Assembly (NCBI GenBank): GCA_026004495.1
Contig: BPJG01000001.1
Location: 144,582-208,581, forward strand
Length of the DNA stretch: 64,000 bases
Direction: 5' to 3'
From: Candidatus Parcubacteria bacterium
GTDB taxonomy: Bacteria > Patescibacteriota > Minisyncoccia > UBA6257 > HR35
Under the pieces are notes generated by a model. That model saw only the letters and a list, made by a program, of their open reading frames with translations. It did no database searches and was not told where the DNA came from. Each line of letters opens with the position of its first letter. Within the stretch, counting starts at the first letter, position 1. A program made the position numbers and the translations under genes. This document shows, piece by piece, positions 1 through 9,960 of this stretch.

Positions 1-1017
1 GGATATAAGGCTAAAAAAAATAAAGAAGATATTATTCGTTTAATTAGCCAAGATAAAATTAAAATTTTAATTGGTACTCATTCATTATTAGAGGTAGATT
101 ATCAATATAAAAATATAGGCTTAATAATAATAGATGAGCAACAAAGATTTGGTATCGAACAAAGAAAAAAAATAATTAAAAAATCAGAACAAGAATTTAT
201 GCCTCATTTTTTATCTATGACCGCAACACCAATTCCTCGAACTTTATATTTATCCTTTTATAGTGATTTATCTTTATCAACCCTAAAAGAAAAACCATTC
301 AACCAAAAAGAAATTATTACCAAAATAATCAAAACAGAAGAAATTGATAGCGTTTGGAATTTCGTTGAAAAAGAAATTAATCATAATCATCAAGTTTTTA
401 TTATTTGCCCAAGAGTTGAATTTGATGAAAAATTAGAAATTAAAAGTGTAAAACAGGAATACGAAAAAATTAAAAAAATATTTCCCGAAGTAGAAATATC
501 TATGCTTCACGGAAAAATGAAATCAAATGAAAAAGAATTAATTCTTAAAAAACTTCAAAATAATGAAATAAAAATTTTAGTATCTTCTTCAGTTGTCGAA
601 GTTGGAATTGATTTGCCTCTATTGACAACAATAATTATTTTAGGAGCAGAAAGATTTGGATTATCTCAACTTCATCAGTTAAGAGGCAGAGTTGGTAGAT
701 CAATTCATCAAGGTTTTTGTTTTTTAATTCCTCAAAATTATTCACCCTTAGCTTACAAAAGATTAAAAATTTTAGAAGAATCACAGGATGCTTTTTATAT
801 TGCTGAAAAAGATTTAGAAATTAGAGGCCCAGGCGAGCTTTTAGGTAATAAACAGGCGGGATTTCCTGATTTAGCTATGAAATCTTTAGAAAAAATTGAA
901 TTAGTTTATTTAGCCAAAGAAATTGCTGAAGATTTAATTTCTCAAAATTATCTTTTAAAGGGCTATCCATTATTAAGAAACGAAATACAAAAACGAGGTA
1001 AGATTATTTTTGGTTAA
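1..1017 (+). CDS. recG: ATP-dependent DNA helicase RecG (5'-partial)
   Basis: Frame open from base 1: IGTHSLL, IIDEQQRFG, MTATPIPRTL, QLRGRVGR, DLEIRGPGELLG. Confidence 0.95.
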   Translation, partial: GYKAKKNKEDIIRLISQDKIKILIGTHSLLEVDYQYKNIGLIIIDEQQRFGIEQRKKIIKKSEQEFMPHFLSMTATPIPRTLYLSFYSDLSLSTLKEKPFNQKEIITKIIKTEEIDSVWNFVEKEINHNHQVFIICPRVEFDEKLEIKSVKQEYEKIKKIFPEVEISMLHGKMKSNEKELILKKLQNNEIKILVSSSVVEVGIDLPLLTTIIILGAERFGLSQLHQLRGRVGRSIHQGFCFLIPQNYSPLAYKRLKILEESQDAFYIAEKDLEIRGPGELLGNKQAGFPDLAMKSLEKIELVYLAKEIAEDLISQNYLLKGYPLLRNEIQKRGKIIFG

Positions 1018-1043
1018 TCAATTTTTAATTTATAATAAAAATA

Positions 1044-1676
1044 ATGTTTTTTAAAAAGAAAGAGGAATTAATAAATTATCTAATTAGAAATAATATTTTA
1101 AAAACAGAGAATATTATAAATGCTTTTTTAAAGATTGATCGTAAAGATTTTGTTAGGCCAGAAAATTTATTTGAAGCCTATGCAGATTATCCTTTACCTA
1201 TAGGAAATGGCCAAACTATTTCTCAACCTTGGACAGTTGCTTTTATGTTGGAATTACTTCAACCCCAAGAAGGAATTAAAATCTTAGATGTAGGCTTTGG
1301 TTCGGGTTGGACTACAGCTTTATTAGCTCAAATAGTTAGTGATAAAGGCAAGGTTTATGGCATCGAAATATTTCCCGAAATATTTGAATTTGGTAAAAAT
1401 AATATAGAAAAATATAACTTTTTTAAAAAAAACATAGTTAAATTAAAATTAGGTGATGGCTCAAAGGGTTGGAAAGAATATTCACCATTTGATAGAATTT
1501 TGGTTAATGCTTCAACTGATGAAATTCCGTCTAACCTAATTGAACAATTAAATACCAATGGGATTATGATAATTCCTGATAAAGAAGGTATTAATCAAAT
1601 TTTTAAAGATAATGATGGAAATATAGAAAAAAGATACTATTATGGCTTTAAATTTGTTCCTCTTCTGTCTCAGTAA
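1044..1676 (+). CDS. pcm: Protein-L-isoaspartate O-methyltransferase
   Basis: AYADYPLPIGNGQTISQP, LDVGFGSGW, GDGSKGW..PFDRI. Confidence 0.93.
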   Translation: MFFKKKEELINYLIRNNILKTENIINAFLKIDRKDFVRPENLFEAYADYPLPIGNGQTISQPWTVAFMLELLQPQEGIKILDVGFGSGWTTALLAQIVSDKGKVYGIEIFPEIFEFGKNNIEKYNFFKKNIVKLKLGDGSKGWKEYSPFDRILVNASTDEIPSNLIEQLNTNGIMIIPDKEGINQIFKDNDGNIEKRYYYGFKFVPLLSQ

Positions 1677-2151
1677 TATTTTTAATTTTTTTTCTTAATA
1701 ATTTAATTCGGCTCCTAATTTTTTTCTCTTTAATTCTCTTTTCTTCTGCCTCATATGGTTCTTGCATTAATTGAAATTTAGGTGGAGGGAAAAGTTCGTT
1801 TAAAAAATTGTAAATTTTTGCCAACAATCTTTCTGTGGCTAATTTTTTATTTTCAAATTGACTTCTTGAATCTTCAGCAATAGTAATTAAATATTTTTCT
1901 TTTTCTTTTAATAATAATTTTTGATTAGTATTCAGCTCAATGTCAAAATTTTTAAACAAAATATTTTCTAATTCTTTTAATTTAAATTTAGCTCTAATTT
2001 TATTATATTTTCTCTGCATATGTTGTCCTCCTGGTTTAGATGCAGTAGTAAAGTCGTATTGAATAAAATTTTTAACATATCTATCTAATAACCTTTTATT
2101 AATAATTTTTTTTACTTTTTTAAATAATTCTTGATAATCTATGTCTAACAT
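1648..2151 (-). CDS. arfB: ArfB-like ribosome rescue peptidyl-tRNA hydrolase (GGQ domain plus basic tail)
   Basis: ASKPGGQH, DSRSQFENK, C-terminal EEKRIKEKKIRSRIKLLRK. Confidence 0.75.
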   Translation of the reverse strand: MLDIDYQELFKKVKKIINKRLLDRYVKNFIQYDFTTASKPGGQHMQRKYNKIRAKFKLKELENILFKNFDIELNTNQKLLLKEKEKYLITIAEDSRSQFENKKLATERLLAKIYNFLNELFPPPKFQLMQEPYEAEEKRIKEKKIRSRIKLLRKKIKNITETEEEQI

Positions 2152-2181
2152 CTTTTATCTATTTAATTTTTCTAATTATAT

Positions 2182-4284
2182 TTATAAAAAAGGATAATAA
2201 AGTATTATACCATTTCGTGGAGGTATTAGCAAATCAATAGTTTCATTTAAAAAATCATATATATTTCCTAATTGATCTTTATAAATAATAAACGGCTCAG
2301 TAGTTGAAGATAAAATATAATTAAAATTTAAATTATCTGAAGTATTTAAAAGAACCAAACCTTTTTTATATCTTCTTCTATACAAAGCACCCTGATTGAA
2401 ATTAGAACTTGAGGCTACAATAATTTGATTAATATTATTTACTTCTTCTGGATTCCCTAAGTCAAGATATAAAGCTGGAATTTGACAAAATAATTCATTG
2501 CTACTTATATTTATACTACTTCCTGGTTGGATATCATTTAATGGCATTTCAAAAGAAATATAAACCCCATTATTATTTACTAAATAAAATGAAGAAATTA
2601 GATAATTTGTAATAGAGTTTGTTGTAGTACACCAACTTCTATTAGTATAAGACATTAATAATGAATACTTATTATTAAAATTTTCAATTACGGATTGAAT
2701 TTCATAATGAGTTTGGGTTGGTGATTTAAAAATTAAATTCCTATTTATTAAAAAGCCTTCATTCATAAATCCATCTAAGAATTTATCAATACCAATATGT
2801 ATTGATGAAGAAGTAAAATAAGCTCTATAACCGAAATTGGTAAATACCTTTTTTCCAGTAAACTTTAATTTTTCCACTATTTCTTTGTAAATATTTATTA
2901 TAGAAAAATATTTTGCCTCTTGAAATGAATTATTATAAGCATGTCTATAAGAATTACTCTCACTATAATTTATATTCGGAGAATCTAACCTAAATCCCCA
3001 AAAATAATTATTATTTTTTTCCTTTATGTAATGCTTAAAAATATATTTATTATAAAATTCGGCATATTTATAATTTTTCATACTAACAACCTTGTTATTT
3101 TCATAAAATCCATTTAAGACTCTATAATAACTAGTAACCACTTTAAGAGTATCTGAATTAAAATTACTTAATAGATAAATTTCTGGATAACCACTATTAG
3201 GGGTTAATTTAAACATTCTTTCTCCATTCCACCAACTTGTTGTTGAAATATCGTTTATTATTTGATTAGTATCATCTAAATTTATCAAGGAGCTAACTTC
3301 TATATCATTTCGTTTAAACCTAAAAGAACCTACTTCTGATTCTCTGAATTTAATTTGGGCTGGATATAAATAGTCTATAAGCTTAAAATTTTTATTATGA
3401 TAAAAAACCTTAAGCCCAACTTCTTTTAACCCAGAATCTATCATCTCAAAATTAGTATAATAATTTATCCAATCATGAGTATAAGGAAGAGCACTGTGGA
3501 AAACTTCTAGAAATTTCAATGAACTAAAATTATTTCGTTGAGGTAAAGTGAGACATTGCCAACTATTTGTTTGCGAATTAAATCTTTCAACTTCAACTTT
3601 AATATTATCTATCCAAAATATTGCTTGAGAAGAGGTATTACTATCAGGAAATTTGGCATAGATTTCAAAATAAAAAGGATAAATACCTTCGTACGCTATA
3701 TTATCTATGACAGTTGTTGAAAACACAAAATTAGTCCAATTCACAATAGATGTTGAGGTAGATAAAATATTAGAAGAAAACTCATTATTATCTCTATTAT
3801 CTTTCATTATTGATCTAATTCTAAAAAAAAGATTATTACTAAAATTATTAGTTTTTAAATCAAAACTAATTTTAAGCCTATCGCCACTTTTAGGATAATA
3901 ATTACGAAATTCAGAAATTATACCATTAGCTTCTAATGTTGGTAAAACAGATCTTCTATAAAATCTAAATGAAAAAATTCTCAAATCCCTATTAGTGGTA
4001 GTGTCTAAAATACCATTTCTCTCAATTGTTATTTTCAACGATCCTATACCATTTGTTTTATTAGTATAATCTACATCGTAATTTATTTTAAGATTATTCG
4101 AATTATATAATGAAGTTGATAAATTCAATATATTACCTAAATTATCTTTAAATTCTAAATCTCCAATTCCAGCTAGATAATTAATGCAATTATTAGCATA
4201 AATAGAAATATATGGTAATAATAAGAAAATAGGGGTTAAAATAGAGTAAATGAAATTTTTATAATATTTATAATAACTAGTCAT
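2182..4284 (-). CDS. Secreted hypothetical protein, possibly glycoside-hydrolase-like; paralog of 62190..64000
   Basis: N-terminal hydrophobic segment; DGFMNEGF and LYRRRYKKGLVLLN shared in pattern with the paralog. Confidence 0.6.
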   Translation of the reverse strand: MTSYYKYYKNFIYSILTPIFLLLPYISIYANNCINYLAGIGDLEFKDNLGNILNLSTSLYNSNNLKINYDVDYTNKTNGIGSLKITIERNGILDTTTNRDLRIFSFRFYRRSVLPTLEANGIISEFRNYYPKSGDRLKISFDLKTNNFSNNLFFRIRSIMKDNRDNNEFSSNILSTSTSIVNWTNFVFSTTVIDNIAYEGIYPFYFEIYAKFPDSNTSSQAIFWIDNIKVEVERFNSQTNSWQCLTLPQRNNFSSLKFLEVFHSALPYTHDWINYYTNFEMIDSGLKEVGLKVFYHNKNFKLIDYLYPAQIKFRESEVGSFRFKRNDIEVSSLINLDDTNQIINDISTTSWWNGERMFKLTPNSGYPEIYLLSNFNSDTLKVVTSYYRVLNGFYENNKVVSMKNYKYAEFYNKYIFKHYIKEKNNNYFWGFRLDSPNINYSESNSYRHAYNNSFQEAKYFSIINIYKEIVEKLKFTGKKVFTNFGYRAYFTSSSIHIGIDKFLDGFMNEGFLINRNLIFKSPTQTHYEIQSVIENFNNKYSLLMSYTNRSWCTTTNSITNYLISSFYLVNNNGVYISFEMPLNDIQPGSSINISSNELFCQIPALYLDLGNPEEVNNINQIIVASSSNFNQGALYRRRYKKGLVLLNTSDNLNFNYILSSTTEPFIIYKDQLGNIYDFLNETIDLLIPPRNGIILYYPFL

Positions 4285-4330
4285 TATTTATTAATATTAA
4301 AAATTTATTATAATATTAGAATTATATAAT

Positions 4331-4642
4331 ATGAAAAAATTTAATATTATGTTAAACAAGCAACATTTAAAATATTTAATAGAGTTAGCAAAAATAAATA
4401 TAGACGACAAAGAATTAGACAAGCTTTTGATTGATTTAAATAATATTTTAAATTTTATTGATGAAATAAAAAAATTAAATCTAAATAATTTCCAACCGCT
4501 TGTTGGGGGAGTAATTCAAAAATTAGAATTAAGAGAAGATGAAATACATCAAATGGATGAAAGTACAAAAGAAAAAATAATTGAACAATTTCCCCAAAAA
4601 GAAAATAATTATTTAAAAGTACCTAAAATAATATTAAAATAA
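4331..4642 (+). CDS. gatC: Asp/Glu-tRNA amidotransferase subunit C
   Basis: LIELAKI..ILNFID..LREDE..YLKVPKI; 103 aa. Confidence 0.85.
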   Translation: MKKFNIMLNKQHLKYLIELAKINIDDKELDKLLIDLNNILNFIDEIKKLNLNNFQPLVGGVIQKLELREDEIHQMDESTKEKIIEQFPQKENNYLKVPKIILK

Positions 4643-4646
4643 AAAA

Positions 4647-5549
4647 TTAAATCTTTAAATATTTTGACATAGCTACAATAGAAGCGAAAATATTCATAAA
4701 TATTATAAAAACAATTATTAAGCCATTAATTATAAAAAAATTGTTAAAGAAAAAAAACTCTGGATTTAAAACAATAAGAATTTGTTTCCAAAAATCTCTT
4801 GTCATTATCAAAAAGAAAATAAATATTCCGTTAGCAATTAAATATCCCAAAAATGAAGTAATTAAATTAAAAATAATAAAGGGAATTCTAATGAAGTAAT
4901 TAGGTGTCCCTATTAAACGAAATACTTCTATTTCTTCTCGTTGAGAATATACAGTTAAAAGAGTCAAGTTTAAAATTAAGAAAAAAACAAAAACTAAAAT
5001 TAAAATTAAGAAAATAAAAATAATAAAATTAATTTGTTTTGATACCTTAATAAATCTTTCAATAATATTTTTATTTTCCGAATAAGTTAAAAAATCTATA
5101 GTTGCACGATAAGGGGAATTTTCTAAATATTTTGATATCTCATCATAAACTTCAGGTTTTTTAGCTTTTACGACTAAGTAATCTACCAGCGGATTAACAT
5201 TTAATTCTATCAAAGATTTAATAATAATAGGATTAGAAATATATTTTTTTTGAAAATCTTCAAATGCTGACTCTTTACTAACAAAAATAACTTCACTAAC
5301 ACCATTAAAGTTTTCTAAAATATTTTTCAATTTATTTATATCCTCTCTGTCAGTTCCTTCTCGAAAATAAATAGAAAAATCTAATTTTGTTTTCAAGAAA
5401 TTTATTATTTCATTAGAAAAATAAAATAAAGTAATATTTATAAAAAAAAGAAGCGAAGTTAAAAAAGAAACAAAAATAAGGACAAAAGTTATTATTTTCT
5501 TTCTCTTAAACAATTCCCAGCCCTCTTTTATTAATCTCGCAAAAATCAT
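4647..5549 (-). CDS. ftsX: Cell division permease FtsX
   Basis: 4 TM, VIFVSKESAF, NPL, REEIEVFRLIGT..FIRIPF; adjacent to ftsE. Confidence 0.9.
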   Translation of the reverse strand: MIFARLIKEGWELFKRKKIITFVLIFVSFLTSLLFFINITLFYFSNEIINFLKTKLDFSIYFREGTDREDINKLKNILENFNGVSEVIFVSKESAFEDFQKKYISNPIIIKSLIELNVNPLVDYLVVKAKKPEVYDEISKYLENSPYRATIDFLTYSENKNIIERFIKVSKQINFIIFIFLILILVFVFFLILNLTLLTVYSQREEIEVFRLIGTPNYFIRIPFIIFNLITSFLGYLIANGIFIFFLIMTRDFWKQILIVLNPEFFFFNNFFIINGLIIVFIIFMNIFASIVAMSKYLKI

Positions 5550-6233
5550 TTAAATTAAAGTATATTTTCCTGGATTTTCATCTTTAACTATTCGACCTTG
5601 ATGAAGAGTTATTACTCTTTTATTTAAATAATTAACAATATCCCTATTATGAGTAGTTAAAATTACAGTTATTCCTTGATTATTAATAATTTTTAATATC
5701 TCAATAATTTCAAATGAAGAAATAGGATCAAGGTTACCAGTTGGTTCATCTGCTAATAAGATCTCGGGATTAGTAGATAATGCCCTAGCTATACATAATT
5801 TTTGCTTTTCTCCTCCAGATAAAAATTTAGCTAAAATTTCTCTGTGATTCCATAAATCCATATTTATTAATACTTCTTCTACTTTCTTTTTTATTTCCTT
5901 ACTGTTGAATTTCATTATTTCCAAAGGTAGTTTTATATTATCATAAACTGTTCTTTCAAGTAATAATTTAAAATCTTGAAAAACAATGGCAATTTTTCTT
6001 CTTAACCTTAATATTTCATTTCTTCTAACTTTAGAATAATCTAAATTTTTATAAAATATATGACCTTCGGAAACATTTTCTTCTTTTCTAATCAATTTCA
6101 AAATAGTAGTTTTACCAGCCCCAGATCTACCAACAAGAATAACAAATTCTCCTGTTTTAATTTCAAAACTTATCTTATCTAAAGCTTTAATTTTTTCATA
6201 ATAAATTTTGCTTACGCTTTTAAAAACTAACAT
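5550..6233 (-). CDS. ftsE: Cell division ATP-binding protein FtsE
   Basis: GRSGAGKTT, VFQDFKLL, LSGGE, ADEPTGNLDP. Confidence 0.92.
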   Translation of the reverse strand: MLVFKSVSKIYYEKIKALDKISFEIKTGEFVILVGRSGAGKTTILKLIRKEENVSEGHIFYKNLDYSKVRRNEILRLRRKIAIVFQDFKLLLERTVYDNIKLPLEIMKFNSKEIKKKVEEVLINMDLWNHREILAKFLSGGEKQKLCIARALSTNPEILLADEPTGNLDPISSFEIIEILKIINNQGITVILTTHNRDIVNYLNKRVITLHQGRIVKDENPGKYTLI

Positions 6234-6245
6234 TATAATTTTTTA

Positions 6246-7260
6246 TTAAAATATAGCACCTAAGGGATGAATTAATAATAAATTTCCATCTAAAATTTCA
6301 TCAACCTTATTTGATTCATAATTAAATTGATGATCTTTAACCAACTTATAAGGATCAAGAATATAACTTCTTTTTTGATTTCCCCAAGCAATTTCTATTT
6401 TTTTTCCCTTCAATTCTTCAATCTTTTTTAATTTTTTTTGATTCATAAAATTAATTATCTTAGATTTTAATATTTTTAAGGCAATTTCCTTATTCCTTTG
6501 TTGACTTCTTTCGCTTTGACAATTAACAATTAGATTTAATGGCTTGTATATAACCCTTACTCCTGTTTCTACTTTATTTACATTTTGACCACCCTTACCT
6601 CCAGATCTAAATGTTTCAATCTTTAAATCTTCATCTTTAATATCAAATTTAGGATCATCAATAACGGGCAAAATTTCTACATAACAAAAACTAGTATGCC
6701 TTAATTTTTTAGCTGAAAAAGGAGATATCCTGACTAAGCGATGAACTCCTTTTTCATATTTTAATAAATTGTAAACATTAGGTTTGTTTACTTTAATTTC
6801 AATATATTTTATACCCCCATATTCATTTATCTGTTCATCAATAATTGAAAAATTCCATTTAATTTTATTAAAAAACTTAGAATACATATTAAACAACATT
6901 TGGTTCCAATCTTCAGCATCTTTGCCGCCTACCCCAGAATAAATACTAATTATAACAAAATTATTATTAAATTCATCATTGACACAATAATTAAAATAAA
7001 TATCTCTTAATATATTTTTTGCTTCATTAAACTTTTCTTGATTTAACAATTCATACATTAAATTCAGCTTATTTTTTAATTCTTTTAATTTCTCCAATTT
7101 TTCTAATAATTCGAAATTCCTATCATTATCCCAAAAATTAGATTTTTTAATATTTTCTTCAATAATTTCAATATCTTTTATTTGGTCAAAAACAGCCCTC
7201 CAAAAATTGGAGGGTTCGTAACCAAATTTCGTCTTTAATTTTTAAATTATTGAAATGCAT
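6246..7260 (-). CDS. prfB: Peptide chain release factor 2 with programmed +1 frameshift (ORF0 7186..7260, TTT-TGA-C)
   Basis: SPF and GGQ motifs; upstream ATG at 7260 reads MHFNNLKIKDEIWLRTLQFLEGCF* and the +1 frame continues DQIKDIE..NFWDND into the 283-aa ORF; internal SD GGAGGG at 7196-7201. Confidence 0.92.
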
Positions 7261-7292
7261 TATAGAAAATTTTATCATAAAATTATAATTTA

Positions 7293-8504
7293 ATGATCAA
7301 TCGTTCATTTACATTAGTTGAATTTTTATTGAGTTTTGGAATTATCGTTTTGATAATTGGTATAATTTTAATTCAATTTAAACCAATTAATTATTTCCAG
7401 GATATTCGTGATACCAAGCGAATAAACGATTTAAGTAATTTAGAAATGATACTAAATTATTTATCGTTAGAAGATTCTAATTTAGAATCTGGAATTTCAA
7501 CAACGACTATTTATATATCTCTTCCTGATATCTCTTCAACTTGTTCATCTTGGATATCTCAATTACCATCTCTTCCATCATTATGGCAATATCATTGTTC
7601 CGCTAATCCTACTTTAGTTAATGGGCAAGGTTGGCTTCCTATAGATTTTACCACTTCAACTAGGTCTAAATTAGTAAAAATTGAAAATCTTCCCATTGAC
7701 CCAATCAATAAACCTCCATATTACTATTCATTTGTTGTTGGAGGAAGTTATGAGTTAACAGCAAAATTAGAAATAAGAAAAGCTAAAAATGATGGAGGAG
7801 TTTCTGATAATTATATAGAATTAGGAACAGATAAAAAATTATCTCTTCAGGTTCCTCAAATAATTGTCAGGCAAAAACCAAATGATTTATATGTATTTTT
7901 AACAGACGGTCTTATGGGTTACTGGCCCTTTGATGAAATAAGTGGAAATATTGCTAAAGATTATTCAGGAAATGTAAATAATGCGATAATTTTTAATGAT
8001 CCTCAATTGGTTGATGGTAAGGTAGGTAAAGCTTTAAGTTTTGATGGAGTTAATGATTATCTACAAATACCATCTAGCTCAAGCTTAAATCTCCCTGGCA
8101 ATAAAGAATCTATTTTTTTATGGATAAAACATAATAGTAATTATATTTTAGGACAATCATATAGATGGAATAGAAGATTATTTTCTACCAATTGGACTTT
8201 TTATGATTCAAATAACAGTATTTACTACGTTCGTAATGGTAACCCCAATGATAATCTTTATCATTTGGTCGGGTACACTGTTTTAGATACCATTGTTAAA
8301 ACATATAAAGATGGAAAATTTGTTACCTCAACTACTCGCAGTGTAAATGCCATAGGCCCTGCTTCTTCTTATTGGTGGTTAGGTCGAGTATGTTCAGGTA
8401 GTTCGTGTAATTTATATTATTCTGGCATAATAGATGAAGTCCGAATCTATAATCGTGCTTTATCAGATCAAGAAATTAAAGCATTATATGAAGCAACAAA
8501 ATAA
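7293..8504 (+). CDS. Type IV pilin-like N-terminus plus C-terminal LamG/ConA-like domain
   Basis: SFTLVEFLL..RDTKRINDL; GYWPFDE..GKVGKALSFDGVNDY..GIIDEVRIYNRALS. Confidence 0.85.
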   Translation: MINRSFTLVEFLLSFGIIVLIIGIILIQFKPINYFQDIRDTKRINDLSNLEMILNYLSLEDSNLESGISTTTIYISLPDISSTCSSWISQLPSLPSLWQYHCSANPTLVNGQGWLPIDFTTSTRSKLVKIENLPIDPINKPPYYYSFVVGGSYELTAKLEIRKAKNDGGVSDNYIELGTDKKLSLQVPQIIVRQKPNDLYVFLTDGLMGYWPFDEISGNIAKDYSGNVNNAIIFNDPQLVDGKVGKALSFDGVNDYLQIPSSSSLNLPGNKESIFLWIKHNSNYILGQSYRWNRRLFSTNWTFYDSNNSIYYVRNGNPNDNLYHLVGYTVLDTIVKTYKDGKFVTSTTRSVNAIGPASSYWWLGRVCSGSSCNLYYSGIIDEVRIYNRALSDQEIKALYEATK

Positions 8505-8543
8505 TTATTACTGATAATAATATGTTATAATAGCTAATAATAA

Positions 8544-8618
8544 GGGGGAGTAGCTCCTAATTGGTAGAGCGGCGGTCTCCAAAACCGCAGGTTGTAGGTT
8601 CGAATCCTACCTCCCCCG
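8544..8618 (+). tRNA. tRNA-Trp(CCA)
   Basis: GGGGGAG/CTCCCCC acceptor stem, GCGGT-CT-CCA-AA-ACCGC anticodon arm, GTTCGAATC. Confidence 0.95.
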
Positions 8619-8679
8619 AAAATTGATATTTAAAAAAATATTTTTTTAATTTTTAATATTTAAAATTAGGTCAAATTAA

Positions 8680-8763
8680 GTCCGGGTGGCGAAATTGGAA
8701 GACGCGCTACCTTGAGGGGGTAGTGGGAGTAATCCCGTGTGGGTTCAAATCCCACCCCGGACA
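8680..8763 (+). tRNA. tRNA-Leu(GAG)
   Basis: GTCCGGG/CCCGGAC stem, CTACC-TT-GAG-GG-GGTAG, long variable arm, GTTCAAATC. Confidence 0.95.
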
Positions 8764-8803
8764 AATAAATATTAATAGAAAAATTATATAAAAAATAAAT
8801 ATA

Positions 8804-8876
8804 AGCCCCCAACAGGACTCGAACCTGTAACCTTGTGGTCCGAAGCCACACGCTCTTCCAATTGAGCTATGGGGGC
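8804..8876 (-). tRNA. tRNA-Arg(TCG)
   Basis: GCCCCCA/TGGGGGC stem, TGTGG-CT-TCG-GA-CCACA, GTTCGAGTC. Confidence 0.93.
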
Positions 8877-8918
8877 TATTACTATTACTAGCTTTACTAA
8901 AATTTATTAAATCTAAAT

Positions 8919-8991
8919 TGGGCGGGAGAGGATTCGAACCTCTGGCCTTCTCGACGTCAACGAGACGCTCTACCAACTGAGCTACCCGCCC
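8919..8991 (-). tRNA. tRNA-Val(GAC)
   Basis: GGGCGGG/CCCGCCC stem, TCTCG-TT-GAC-GT-CGAGA, GTTCGAATC. Confidence 0.93.
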
Positions 8992-9003
8992 TTATATAAT
9001 TAA

Positions 9004-9828
9004 TTATATCACTATTTTTTCTGCTTCTAATAATTTAAAAAAATTTTCAAATAGCTTAGCAACTAAAATTGGGCCAGTACCACCAGGAGTTGAAGTAATT
9101 AAACTTGCTTTATCTTTCAATTTTTCAAAATCAATATCACCATAAATTTTTCCATTTTCAAAACTATAACCAAAATCAATTAAAATTGCTCCCTTTTGAC
9201 AATCTTTAATTAATTTTGCCTTACCAGCGCCACTAATAATAATATCAGTATTTTTAAAATAATCTTCAATTTTTGTTTGGCTTTGAGCAATAATTACTGT
9301 TGAATTTAAATTAGCAAAATAATGAACTAATGGTTTACCGACAAGACGACCATAGCCAACAATTAAAACATTTTTACCTTTAAATTCCAAATTAAATTTT
9401 TCTCTTAAAAAATCAACAACTTCAACTGCTGTTGGACGAATAATATGGCTATCAGTATAAAATTTTCCTAACATCCTTGAAGATAAACAATCAATATCTT
9501 TTTTAGCTGGAATAGAATTTAATAAATATTGAGTTGGAAATCTTTCAGGAATTGGTAATTGAAAGATTGCACCTTTAATTGTTTTATGCTTTAAAATTTG
9601 AGAAATATATTTTCTTATTTTTCTTTTAGGCAAACCTTCATCAATTTCATAAATTCTAAATTCAATATTTAATTCTTGAGCAAATTTTTGTTTAATTTTT
9701 AAAAAACTTAGTTTTTCTTCTTCTTTGCCAATCAAAAAGGCAGCAATTTTTAATTTATCATAATTTTTTCTTCTTTCTTTTAAGTTTTCCAAAATTTCTT
9801 GTGATAATTTTTTACCATTAATAATCAT
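9004..9828 (-). CDS. folD: Methylenetetrahydrofolate dehydrogenase/cyclohydrolase
   Basis: IINGKKLS, QLPIP, KDIDCL, GYGRLVGKP, GDIDF, TPGGTGP. Confidence 0.92.
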   Translation of the reverse strand: MIINGKKLSQEILENLKERRKNYDKLKIAAFLIGKEEEKLSFLKIKQKFAQELNIEFRIYEIDEGLPKRKIRKYISQILKHKTIKGAIFQLPIPERFPTQYLLNSIPAKKDIDCLSSRMLGKFYTDSHIIRPTAVEVVDFLREKFNLEFKGKNVLIVGYGRLVGKPLVHYFANLNSTVIIAQSQTKIEDYFKNTDIIISGAGKAKLIKDCQKGAILIDFGYSFENGKIYGDIDFEKLKDKASLITSTPGGTGPILVAKLFENFFKLLEAEKIVI

Positions 9829-9960
9829 TTATTTTATAAAAGCAGAACTATTTAAAAATTTTTTTTAAATTTTTTTCTATGGCTGTTTGCAGTAATAAAA
9901 TTTTATACTGCTATCCGAAATGTAATTTTATAATTATATTTTAATTTATAATTAAAATTA

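Noticed and set aside
8666-8976. ORFs 8666..8851 and 8707..8976
   Set aside because: They overlap tRNA genes
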